From Polyangiaceae bacterium (GTDB lineage Bacteria; Myxococcota_A; Polyangia; Polyangiales; Polyangiaceae): a stretch of DNA of 64,000 nt. Each line of letters opens with the position of its first letter. Within the stretch, counting starts at the first letter, position 1. Below are positions 1-8,713 of this stretch, one piece after another. The DNA lies in NCBI GenBank assembly GCA_965222375.1, contig CBDCTZ010000013.1, forward strand, positions 769,207 through 833,206, given 5' to 3'. The translations under genes and the position numbers were made by a program. The notes below the pieces were generated by a model that worked only from the letters and a program-made list of their open reading frames with translations, was not told where the DNA came from and ran no database searches.

Positions 1-133
1 AGCCGGCGAGCCGATTACGAAGGAGTACATCGAAGGCGGACAGTGGCAGGTCGACATCGCTGGCACGCTGTATCCAGCAGCCGTATCAAAGGCTCCGATG
101 TACGATCCGAAGATGCTGCGCGTGAAAAGCTAG
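1..133 (+). CDS. 3' end of a GcvT-family / FAD-dependent (dimethylglycine/sarcosine dehydrogenase-like) oxidoreductase, partial
   Basis: Frame 2 reads ...EYIEGGQWQVDIAGTLYPAAVSKAPMYDPKMLRVKS* (TAG 131-133); the DIAG...PA.VS..P.YDP...RVK ending is typical of this family. Confidence 0.7.
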   Translation, partial: AGEPITKEYIEGGQWQVDIAGTLYPAAVSKAPMYDPKMLRVKS

Positions 134-210
134 CCCGGCTTTGGCCGGTTGGACACACCGATAAAGTCCGTCTAAGAACTTTGGTGGCGCCCAATTGGCG
201 CTTCTTCACC

Positions 211-3200
211 ATGCTAGCTCTCGGCATAGATTTGGGCACCGCCTACGCGCGAGCGGCGGTGTTCGGGGATCGCGGCGGGCAGCTACTGCAGTTTCCAGAC
301 GGTGCGCACTGCGTTCCAGCGGTCGTTGCCCTCGGCAAGGGCAGCGAGCGTGTGGGGCGCACCGCCCTGGCACGGGCCACGACACATCCGGAGCAAGCCG
401 TTCGTGGCATCAAGCGGCTGCTCGGCCGCAGCGCGGATGACAAGGTACTGCAACGGGTCATGCAGGGCGCCGCCTACTCCGTCGCTGACGCGGCGCACGG
501 TTCGACACTGCTGCGCCTCGGCAGCGAGAGCTTCGAATGCGAGAAAGTAGCGTCCGTTCTCTTGGACCATTTGGCCGAGGTTGCGACCCAGGTAGCCGGA
601 AAGCGGCCGAGCAAGGTCGTCTTGACCACTCCCTATTGGTATGGCGCGCGTCAACGCGACGCCCTCAAGCGGGCGGCAACTCAGGCGAACCTCTCGGTCC
701 TGCAGGTCATCAGCGAAGGTACAGCGACCGCCCTGTCACTGCTCGATGCCGAGCCAGAAACGCGACAGGTCGCAATTGTCGACGTCGGCGCGGGTGGTTG
801 TAGTGCTTCCATTCTCGAGATGGGCCAGTCTCGCATTCGTTTGATCGCCAGTGGCGGGGACCCCCTGGGCGGTGGCGAAGACGTGGACCAGGGGCTTGTA
901 CGCGCGGTGCTGAAGGGGGTTCGGGCCAAGGTGGGTGAGTTCCCAGACAGTCCGGCTGTCTCAGAAATGGTGCGGCAAGTGTGCGAAGTGGCCAAGCGAG
1001 ACATCAGCGACGCCGCACAGGTTGCCGCAGTCATCCCGTTCTTGCCCATTGGCAGCGGCGTGTTCAATCAGCAGGTGCGAATCGACCGCAGCAGCGTGGA
1101 GCAGCTGATGCAGGATACGACGCTGCGCATCGGCGCGGCGTGTCAAACGGCGCTTTCCGACAGTGGCCTGGACAAGAGCGAGCTGGACGCCGTTTACGCC
1201 ACAGGGGGCATGGCACGCCTGCCGGCCGTCCGCGCGTGCATCACCGAAGTGCTGGGCGAGATTGCGTCGCGTCGGCTCGACCCTGACGGCTCGGTCGCTC
1301 TAGGCGCAGCTTATCAGGCCGGCATGTTGCTCGGGGCTGTCGACAGCATCCCCGTCATCGACGTGCAGACAACGCTTTCGGTACCGCCAGCCGCACCCGG
1401 TGAGGCGGCTTCAGTACCGCCGGCTCCGGTGGTGACCGCGCCGCCACCAGCCAAGGCGAAGCCTCGAGCGTCCAAAGTGGACGCCGGTGCGTTTCGGGTT
1501 GAGCTCGCTGGACTGCTAGCGTCCCTTCGCGCAGGCGCCTTGACGGGAGGTGGCCAGAAAGCAACGGGGCCCCGCACGCTGTCGCGCGCCAATGACGTCG
1601 AAGAAGGCGACGCCGATGACTCGCCCGAAGCGCAAAGTGCCGCAGTCGAGCACCTGCACGGTGTCTGGAAGCACCTGGCCTTGACGATGCAGACCGCGCG
1701 CCAGTACCAATGGGAGCACCCGCAAACCAAAGGTGCACTCGAGCAAGCCCGAACGGCCATCGAAGCTGCGGCGGAAGCTTCGGAGTATGCCGTGCGCTGG
1801 GACATTCGATCGACCCGCTTCTCTTTCAAGGGACAAGAGGTCTGGAAGCCAGACAGGCCGCCCTACGACCGAATCCCCCACGAGCTCTTTGCCGACGGCG
1901 TGCGCAAGCTCCAATTGCGCGCGGGAATCACTCGGGCGGAGTTGCGCCAGCTGTTGGGCGTATTGATGCGCGATCCGGCGGTCGGATTTGGCCCTGACGA
2001 CGACGCCGCGACGGCCTTGTGGGACAGCAAGTTCGATCACGTGGGCTACCTGGCTGTGGACGCTTTCTCGGAGGCCGACGACCTCGAATTCGAAGAGCAG
2101 CGCGACGAGCTAGCCAAGCAACTCGCAAAGATGGCGCAGCTGGATGACGACTCGGATTCCGCCCTGGGCGGTTACGCTGCGGCCCAGCGCGAGATCGCGC
2201 CGCAGGTGGACTCTGCCATGCTGCAGCCCGAGACCCGAGAGGCAATCGAAGCGCGCATCGACCCCGGAAAGTCGGGGTGGTTCGCAACCTTTTCCAGGAG
2301 CTTCGCGCACAGTTACGCCGCAGCGGCGAAGCTGGACGGCGGAGGGCGGCTTGTGGCTTCCGTCAAGCAGTACGCGGCGGAACAGTTCGACGCCAAGAAC
2401 CCTGCCAGTGTCTTCGATGCGTTGACAGCGTTGAGCGACGGCTTTGAACACGACTTTGGCGGTGCGGCGGCAGCCGCGTTTCGAAGCAAGCTGGTCGGTC
2501 AGATCTTCAGCGCGGAGCGACTGCAGGCCCTGTTCGAGATGTTGCAGGAGGCCCGTGCTCTGGACGAGCAACTGCTCGCGTCGTTTCGGACGCATTTGAC
2601 GGACGTTTCCGACGCGCGCTTCGTCAAACCCGCAGTGGACCTCTATGCGAGCCTGCGCCCAGAGCTGCAAGAGGTGCTTGATGACTACCTAGCGAACCAC
2701 GTTGCTGGCAACGAGGACGCCATCGGGCAGCTGCTGGCCGTAGCTTCTGCGAGCACCGCCCATCGCTTTCTCAAACTGCTCCATGCGGTGCCTACGAACG
2801 CGGCGAAAGTCGCACTCCAGCGCGCTCTGGTATCGCCGCACCCTGAAGTTCGCATTCAGGCCCTGGTTTGCCTACCCAACGAATCGTCGGAGCGCCTGTA
2901 CGAGGACGTGCGACGGGTCCTGGAAGATCCCGAACCCACGGTACGGGACCGTGCTTTGCAGGTGATCGTCGAGCATGCAATCGTGTCCGCCGGCCCTGCG
3001 CTGATGCAGCGAGCTCGCAGCGAGGATTTCCACAAGCTATCGCTGCGGGAGCGGCGCTTGATCCTCGAAGCCATCGCCGCCTTGAATCAGGAGCGAGCAG
3101 AGAGCTTGGGCCTCGAGCTTCTGGAACGCCAAAGCCTGATCGGGTCTGAGGACTTGGAGCTGTCTCGGGCCTTGGCTGCGGAGTTCTTGAGCAAATTCGA

Positions 3201-3357
3201 TTCCGAACGTGTGCTGACGGCTCTGCGCAAAGTCGCCAAGAAGCGCTGGTTCGGCTCGTCTCCGGTGCAAGAGGCGGCGGAGCAAGCCGTTTCCGGCATC
3301 GAAACCCGTCGTTCCAAGCCCGCGCCGCGCAAGCCGCGAAAAGGCAACCTGCGATGA
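211..3357 (+). CDS. Hsp70-type nucleotide-binding domain fused to a C-terminal helical/HEAT-repeat region (~1048 aa)
   Basis: Motifs LGIDLGT, IKRLLGR, ISEGTATAL, GDPLGGGEDVD, TGGMARLP, DPDGSVALGAAYQAG, linker IPVIDV; then a Pro/Ala linker and HEAT-like repeats (LVSPHPEVRIQAL, LEDPEPTVRDRAL). ATG 211 chosen because homology starts there. Confidence 0.85.
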   Translation: MLALGIDLGTAYARAAVFGDRGGQLLQFPDGAHCVPAVVALGKGSERVGRTALARATTHPEQAVRGIKRLLGRSADDKVLQRVMQGAAYSVADAAHGSTLLRLGSESFECEKVASVLLDHLAEVATQVAGKRPSKVVLTTPYWYGARQRDALKRAATQANLSVLQVISEGTATALSLLDAEPETRQVAIVDVGAGGCSASILEMGQSRIRLIASGGDPLGGGEDVDQGLVRAVLKGVRAKVGEFPDSPAVSEMVRQVCEVAKRDISDAAQVAAVIPFLPIGSGVFNQQVRIDRSSVEQLMQDTTLRIGAACQTALSDSGLDKSELDAVYATGGMARLPAVRACITEVLGEIASRRLDPDGSVALGAAYQAGMLLGAVDSIPVIDVQTTLSVPPAAPGEAASVPPAPVVTAPPPAKAKPRASKVDAGAFRVELAGLLASLRAGALTGGGQKATGPRTLSRANDVEEGDADDSPEAQSAAVEHLHGVWKHLALTMQTARQYQWEHPQTKGALEQARTAIEAAAEASEYAVRWDIRSTRFSFKGQEVWKPDRPPYDRIPHELFADGVRKLQLRAGITRAELRQLLGVLMRDPAVGFGPDDDAATALWDSKFDHVGYLAVDAFSEADDLEFEEQRDELAKQLAKMAQLDDDSDSALGGYAAAQREIAPQVDSAMLQPETREAIEARIDPGKSGWFATFSRSFAHSYAAAAKLDGGGRLVASVKQYAAEQFDAKNPASVFDALTALSDGFEHDFGGAAAAAFRSKLVGQIFSAERLQALFEMLQEARALDEQLLASFRTHLTDVSDARFVKPAVDLYASLRPELQEVLDDYLANHVAGNEDAIGQLLAVASASTAHRFLKLLHAVPTNAAKVALQRALVSPHPEVRIQALVCLPNESSERLYEDVRRVLEDPEPTVRDRALQVIVEHAIVSAGPALMQRARSEDFHKLSLRERRLILEAIAALNQERAESLGLELLERQSLIGSEDLELSRALAAEFLSKFDSERVLTALRKVAKKRWFGSSPVQEAAEQAVSGIETRRSKPAPRKPRKGNLR

Positions 3358-4700
3358 CGGTCCGGCAAGACAGCGAAGAGCTCCGCGCCCGGCGTCGCAA
3401 CGCGCCGGTGGAGGTCGTACTGGCGTGCTTTCGCCTGGCCAAAGCTTGCCAAATCCACGACGACTCCAACCAGACGGTCCAGCAACTCATTCCTGATGTC
3501 GTAAGCGCGGTGCGCGAGTGCTGCGAACTCGCCGCAGCGGAGAGCGTTCGAATCATGTTCTCCACCGAAGTCGTGTTCATCAACCGCAGGCTCATGCGGG
3601 CCCCCCGAGAGACCTACGCAATCGCTCTGCAATTGGGGGAACTGCTCGCCCACGCCGACGCCAACGAGGTGGCATTTGAGCGGCGCCTCGAGCCTGCGGC
3701 CGCTCTTTCCTTCGCCCGGCTCATCGTGGACGCCCAACGCAGTCCCGACGCGGCGAGACAGCTGACGCAAACCGAGATTCGTGGCGTGAGCGTGCGCAAG
3801 GTTCCAGAAGCCGACGAGCTGGAGATGGAGCGCAAAGACAGCCCGACCGCAAAGATCGTGAAGGCCTACGCGGCATCCATCTTGATACTGCAAGCCTTCT
3901 ACCGCGACCTCGCGTCGGGTAGCGGCGCCAATCCTCAAGCGCTGAAGCGGATTGCTCAGAAACTGGTCGGGCTCGCGGAGCGCTATCCCGAGCTGCTGGT
4001 GGCAACGGCGGCGGCGCCCCCGGCGGACGCGGCTCCCGCGCGCCGGGCGGTGAGCAGTGCCGTACTGGCCATCGCCATGGTTCGCAAGCTCTCGGCGGAC
4101 CGAGCGCTATCAACCAGTGTGGCGCAGAGCGCGCTGCTGGTGGATCTGGGCGTCACGCTTGCCGGGAACGAAGAAAACGCTCGCGTTCGGGCTGGCGTCG
4201 CGCTGGCGTACTTGCTGGAAACTGGTGGGTTGCACCCACCGTCACTCCGGCGCAGTGCCGTGGCGCACCAAGCCCTCTCCGGGGACGCCTGCGATCCTGA
4301 GCACGCACTCGTCCTGGCCCAGATCCTCCGCATCGCCACGCGATTCAACGAATTGCGCTCACCCGGAGGTCCTGCGAGCGTCGGTAGCCTGGATGGCGCC
4401 ATCGAACAGCTGCAAGCCGAGTGCCCCACGATGGATCAACCCTTCGTGCGGCTCCTCGTGGGCGCCTTGGGACTGATTCCCGACGGCACCTTCGTGGAAC
4501 TGTCGACAGGCGAAGTAGCCGTGGTCACCGGTGTGCCACGCCAGGCACTGGATTTCGCCAGACCGCGAGTCCGTCTGCTCACCGATCCAAAACACACCCC
4601 ACTGACGTCACCGGTGGAGGTCGATCTGGCGCGGCCCGGCGCGGAACAGCCGGAGCGCGCGGTCAAACGCGCGCTCGTGGGCGCGGGGCTCACCCCCTGA
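3354..4700 (+). CDS. Degenerate HD-GYP-like protein
   Basis: ATGA overlap with upstream gene; ALLVDLG where ALLHDIG is expected; C-terminal GLIPDGTFVELSTGEVAVV...RPRVRLL segment typical of HD-GYP C-termini. Confidence 0.65.
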   Translation: MTVRQDSEELRARRRNAPVEVVLACFRLAKACQIHDDSNQTVQQLIPDVVSAVRECCELAAAESVRIMFSTEVVFINRRLMRAPRETYAIALQLGELLAHADANEVAFERRLEPAAALSFARLIVDAQRSPDAARQLTQTEIRGVSVRKVPEADELEMERKDSPTAKIVKAYAASILILQAFYRDLASGSGANPQALKRIAQKLVGLAERYPELLVATAAAPPADAAPARRAVSSAVLAIAMVRKLSADRALSTSVAQSALLVDLGVTLAGNEENARVRAGVALAYLLETGGLHPPSLRRSAVAHQALSGDACDPEHALVLAQILRIATRFNELRSPGGPASVGSLDGAIEQLQAECPTMDQPFVRLLVGALGLIPDGTFVELSTGEVAVVTGVPRQALDFARPRVRLLTDPKHTPLTSPVEVDLARPGAEQPERAVKRALVGAGLTP

Positions 4701-4779
4701 GCCAACCGAGATCTGAACGTTTGGTGGCATCTCGCGCCCCCATGATCGTGCGAATCATCGGCGCAGAGGCTCGGAAGTC

Positions 4780-4911
4780 ATGAAGCTGCCAGCGGCGGGC
4801 GGAACGCTAGTTAGCTTGACCACCGGCAAGTCCTTCGTGGAACAGCTGGAAGTGGACGCTACGCACGTCTACTTCCGCACGATGTTCTCGCTGCAACGCA
4901 CGGCGAAGTAG
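4780..4911 (+). pseudogene. Isolated C-terminal blade of a beta-propeller protein (gene remnant)
   Basis: MKLPAAGGTLVSLTTGKSFVEQLEVDATHVYFRTMFSLQRTAK* resembles the last blades of the propeller proteins at 8714-9871 and 30869-31968 (VDGTHVY, LDATHVY). Confidence 0.55.
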
Positions 4912-5043
4912 AGCGCGTAAGCTTCGCATTGCGAGGCGAAGCCGCCTTCGCGCTCGGCGCCTTGAGACAGGACATTTCTTCCGAACAAGTGAGGAATGTG
5001 ACGGGCTTGGTTGCCGGGCACGCGCATTGCTCCGCTAGCGACA

Positions 5044-5655
5044 ATGCAGAAACTCAAGAGCGCCACGGGGCTGGCGTTGTGCCTGGGGTTTGTCTCGCAC
5101 TGGGCGCAAGCGGGTCAACCGCGAGACGAAACGGGAGGCGCCCAGGGCGCCTGCGGTGACACCGAGGACACACGCGAAGTCTGCGAGCAGCACGATATCT
5201 TCTTCATGCCCGGGGTGACGGCCGTCGGCTTCATGCCAGCGGCCAATTCGTCGGATCCTTTCATCGGCGGCGCCGTGCAGCTGACGCCATTCCGCTGGTC
5301 CCACAACAACGACAACTTCGGTCCCAGTCAGGGCGCGGTGTTCGTGCAAGCGTCCATCCTGAGATCCCCTGAAAGCGATGCGACGCTCTCCCTCTTCGAT
5401 CTCGGCTACACGCTGTCCCTAGAACGCAACTCCAGCCGGCGCTTCCTGATCCCCTTTTTCGGGGGAACGGTTGGCGGCCTGGCCCACGAAGAGCTCGGCA
5501 ACTCCGGCTACACCTACCAGTTCGCGGGAGCGCACCTGTATTGGCACCACAACTTCGTGGTCAGTGTCGAGGGCGGCTACCAGTTTCCCTTCGAAAACGT
5601 CGACGTCGTCCGCGGGCCCCGCGCTCAATTCTCCGCCGGGTTCTCGATGTGGTGA
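5044..5655 (+). CDS. Exported protein, probable small outer-membrane beta-barrel
   Basis: Signal peptide (LALCLGFVSHWAQA), amphipathic strands, C-terminal aromatic (FSAGFSMW). Confidence 0.6.
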   Translation: MQKLKSATGLALCLGFVSHWAQAGQPRDETGGAQGACGDTEDTREVCEQHDIFFMPGVTAVGFMPAANSSDPFIGGAVQLTPFRWSHNNDNFGPSQGAVFVQASILRSPESDATLSLFDLGYTLSLERNSSRRFLIPFFGGTVGGLAHEELGNSGYTYQFAGAHLYWHHNFVVSVEGGYQFPFENVDVVRGPRAQFSAGFSMW

Positions 5656-5786
5656 CGGGCCGCCCATTGACCAGAGCTACGCAACGACCGCCGCCCGGCA
5701 TTCTGTACGTCTACTCCTGAAACTGAGTTGCCCAAGCAGAAGTCACGTAACTGTGCGACGCTGGGGTCGAACTGACTCACCACACT

Positions 5787-5949
5787 GCCCGCCCCAGCGA
5801 GGGGCGGGCGATCTTGGGGACTTTCTGTTTTGGGGTCGCGGCGATGGGGCGGCGCTTTTGCACGACTCTCTCGCTTGCTCCCGAGGCGCGGCTTGGTGTG
5901 GAGGAGCGAGATTAGGGCACCAAGTCGGCGCAGCGCTCGACCCCAAAAC
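5787..5949. other. Structured intergenic element (hairpin plus nested inverted repeats)
   Basis: GCCCGCCCC/GGGGCGGGC hairpin 5787-5809; perfect 12-bp inverted repeat GTTTTGGGGTCG 5827-5838 / 5938-5949; internal stems. Confidence 0.45.
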
Positions 5950-5996
5950 CCAAGGCCAGACGTGCGCGCAAGGCAGAGGTGCACGAAAAAGTTGGC

Positions 5997-6986
5997 TCAG
6001 GTGGTGATCTCGAGTGGGCGCAGGCTCTTCCAGTCGGCGCTGCCGAGGCCACGCTGCTCGCCCAGGTCGAGCCAGCCGAGCTTGCTACGCCTCACGCGGA
6101 TCAGTTGGGAACCCCAGGCATCTGCTGCCACGGCATCTGGGGTCACGCAAATCGTATCGAAGGTCTTCACGTCGTCCAGATTGCCACCCTGCGGACCATT
6201 GCGCATGAGCGCCCGAGTGGCATCCACGATGGTGAGGGTGGGGCGCATCATTTCGGCCAGGCCCGCGACCGCTTCATCGATTCGCTTGTGCAACTTGAAG
6301 CGGAGGCCACCGATGGCGCCGAACCAGCCCTTCATGCCAATCGTCGTGCCCGCCAGGCCGTGATGCTTGACGATGGGCAGGCTGATCACTTTGGCGGCTC
6401 GCATATAGGGCTCGAGGACCTGCCAAGGGCCGAAGCCGGGCAAGAACGTGTTGACGTAGTTCGCTTCAGCGGGTGTGACCACCTTGGCTCCAGCTTTTTC
6501 CGCGGCGGCTCGTATTCCAGATTTGGCGAAGGCGGCATCGATGTTCTTGACCGGACCGTCGGTGACGATGACCTCGGCAGCCCCGGCGCCACGGACCGCC
6601 TGGACCACGGCCGCCACCACGGCAGGACTGGTCGTTACGGCGTAGTGCTGCGACAGATCGAAGCCAATGTTCGGTTTGACGACGACGACATCGCCCTTCT
6701 TGATGAACTGGCCCATGCCGCCGATGGCTTTGAGGGCGGCGTGCACGTTCTTCGCGGCGTCCTTGCCGCGGGCGATCACCATCTTTGGCGAGTCACCCGA
6801 CAATTGCACGCGGTGGTCCGCCATTGGCTTCGGCGGCCCCTCAGGCGTGCGCAAGATGTAGCCGCGCTCCCGAAGTTGATGCACCACGTAGCCGCCACCT
6901 CCAAGCGCGGCCACGCCAGCGCTGGCGCCGCCCCAGAGCAAGATCTTGCGGCGCCGAAGGCGGCGCCCGGTCTTCGGCTCGTCCAT
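5997..6986 (-). CDS. DUF362 domain-containing protein
   Basis: GGMGQFIKKGDVVVVKPN, TTSPAVV, PIVKHHGLAGTTIGMK, IVDATR...NGPQGG, DAVAAD; N-terminal Arg-rich plus hydrophobic (Tat-like/TM) segment. Confidence 0.85.
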   Translation of the reverse strand: MDEPKTGRRLRRRKILLWGGASAGVAALGGGGYVVHQLRERGYILRTPEGPPKPMADHRVQLSGDSPKMVIARGKDAAKNVHAALKAIGGMGQFIKKGDVVVVKPNIGFDLSQHYAVTTSPAVVAAVVQAVRGAGAAEVIVTDGPVKNIDAAFAKSGIRAAAEKAGAKVVTPAEANYVNTFLPGFGPWQVLEPYMRAAKVISLPIVKHHGLAGTTIGMKGWFGAIGGLRFKLHKRIDEAVAGLAEMMRPTLTIVDATRALMRNGPQGGNLDDVKTFDTICVTPDAVAADAWGSQLIRVRRSKLGWLDLGEQRGLGSADWKSLRPLEITT

Positions 6987-7128
6987 TCGTGGAAGTCTAG
7001 GGTCGGACAACCAGCACGACCAGGTGGCTCATGGCGTTTTGCGGAGTCGCTGGCTGACATTTCCGGCCGCGGGAGCGGCACCGGGCTCGATTGACATGGC
7101 ACTGGAATCGCGCCACATCGGTTTTTCG

Positions 7129-7833
7129 ATGCTCTTCAGCCAGCTCTCGCGTGGCGGGTGCCGTTGGTCCCTGGTCTCAGCCGCTTTGCTGACTCTGAGC
7201 ATGGCTTGTGGCTCCCGAAGCGGGCTGAACGAGCTGTTGCCGAGTGGGCAGGCCGGCGCGGGGGCGCAAGCAGGCTCAGCGGGCAATGGGGGCTCGGCGG
7301 GCAATGGGGGTGCCGGCGGCATTGCGGCCAGTCTCAGTGGACTGCGCTGGGAGTTGCCGTGCTACGCGCACGTTTCGAGCGAGGTCTGCGACACGGACAA
7401 CGAGCTGAGCCTGCAGACGACCCTGAAGGGTGACCCTGCCACGTTGTACGCGGTGCGTCTTCGCATCCGTGGAGTGCTCGAAGAGAAGTCTTACTCCGGA
7501 GGCACGCCCCTCGGGAAATTCACCCTGGGTGGAAAGCCGAAGCTGGACGATTGGAACACGTACGCGCTGAGCGTCAGCGACCCGCCGCAGACGCTGTACC
7601 TGAACCCCGGCGTCTCAGGCCTGTACTACTGCTTCTTGCTGGACGAGACGGTGACCCTGACCATGAGTGGAGGCGCCGTGGTTCGGCTGTGGGCAGAGGT
7701 CTACGACGCTCAGCAGATCACCAATCAGGGCAAAAATGGCAGTGCCATTCTGGTTCCGGGCGTCAAACCGTTCCCCGCTGCTTTCGACGGACAGTTCGCC
7801 CAGGTCGACGTTCTAGACGTCAAACCCATCTGA
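7129..7833 (+). CDS. Lipoprotein with Gly-rich linker and beta-rich head of unknown function
   Basis: Lipobox-like LSMAC, GSAGNGG repeats, globular C-terminal domain; start uncertain (7096 or 7129). Confidence 0.7.
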   Translation: MLFSQLSRGGCRWSLVSAALLTLSMACGSRSGLNELLPSGQAGAGAQAGSAGNGGSAGNGGAGGIAASLSGLRWELPCYAHVSSEVCDTDNELSLQTTLKGDPATLYAVRLRIRGVLEEKSYSGGTPLGKFTLGGKPKLDDWNTYALSVSDPPQTLYLNPGVSGLYYCFLLDETVTLTMSGGAVVRLWAEVYDAQQITNQGKNGSAILVPGVKPFPAAFDGQFAQVDVLDVKPI

Positions 7834-7949
7834 CAGGGGTGCGGTCAGAAAACCGGACCCGTGAGCGGTTTCCGGTGCAAGCTCGGCGACGTGAGGGTGT
7901 CTAGGTGTTAGGCGCAGAACAACCCGCACCCCTTTTCCTGAGCTGCAGT

Positions 7950-8696
7950 ATGAGCTGGACGTTATTCCCGAAGACTTGGCCGGCCGCCGCAGTGCTGTCC
8001 GCGGCTTTGACCAGCCTTGGCGGCTGCGCTGCCACCGCGCCGAGCCAGGTCGCTCAGCCACGGGCAATTCAGCTTGAGGAACTAGACGCGCCCGCGATTG
8101 ACCGCGGCGCTGTCTACTACGAGTCGGAGATCGGCGGATTGAGCCAAGAAGACGTGAGCGAGCACTTCTTGGCGCTTCGGCCTCGCCTGGAAGACTGCGT
8201 GCACAAGGCGGCAGGGCGGATGAGCGTACTGGGCGGTCACGTCAATCTCCGGATGCGGCTCGATGGACAGGGCCAGGTGCGCTGGGCCTACCTGGTGGAC
8301 AGCACGCTCGGGGATCGGGAGGCAGAACTTTGTGTGCTGCGGCTGGTCAAGAACCGCAGTTGGCCAAAGCCACTCAGTGGCGAAGGGTTGGCTGAGGCTT
8401 CCTTCGAAGTACAACCCGCCGAGCCACCGGGTGACCTGCCGGGGTTCAAGCGACGCCTGCTGGCGGAACGCGCTAACGCCGCAACCCAACGCTGCCGCCG
8501 CGGGATCTCCGGCGAGTTCCGAGCCACGGCCTATGTAGGACAGAACGGCAACGTGCTCTCCGCAGGTGTGGCGCCACCGAGTGAACAAGGGGAGACGGTG
8601 TCTGACTGTGTCGTGGACGCGTTGCGCGGCATCCGCGTCGGCCGCCTTCGCGCGGGGCAAAGTGGCGCTGCGAAGATCAGCTTCGAACTACGTTAG
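7950..8696 (+). CDS. Lipoprotein with two TonB-C / AgmX-PglI-like domains
   Basis: LGGC lipobox; LEDCV...GHVNLRMRLDGQGQV...STLGDREAELCVL...WPKP, plus a second repeat (GQNGNVLSAGV...SDCVVDAL). Confidence 0.7.
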   Translation: MSWTLFPKTWPAAAVLSAALTSLGGCAATAPSQVAQPRAIQLEELDAPAIDRGAVYYESEIGGLSQEDVSEHFLALRPRLEDCVHKAAGRMSVLGGHVNLRMRLDGQGQVRWAYLVDSTLGDREAELCVLRLVKNRSWPKPLSGEGLAEASFEVQPAEPPGDLPGFKRRLLAERANAATQRCRRGISGEFRATAYVGQNGNVLSAGVAPPSEQGETVSDCVVDALRGIRVGRLRAGQSGAAKISFELR

Positions 8697-8713
8697 ACAC
8701 CAGAGGGTGCAAT

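Noticed and set aside
43..210. 5' extension of the Hsp70 fusion ORF
   Set aside because: It overlaps the end of the upstream gene (stop at 133), and Hsp70 similarity begins at ATG 211
5760..5790. tRNA (GTTCGA T-loop-like motif on the minus strand)
   Set aside because: No cloverleaf or acceptor stem could be built
5832..5944. Tn3-family MITE (GGGGTCG ends)
   Set aside because: The inverted repeat is too short, and the flanks are inverted (GTTTT/AAAAC), not a 5-bp direct duplication
5979..7094. Long antisense or alternate-frame ORFs (also 39975-41015, 28899-29993, 58460-59407)
   Set aside because: High-GC shadow ORFs of genes with clear motifs
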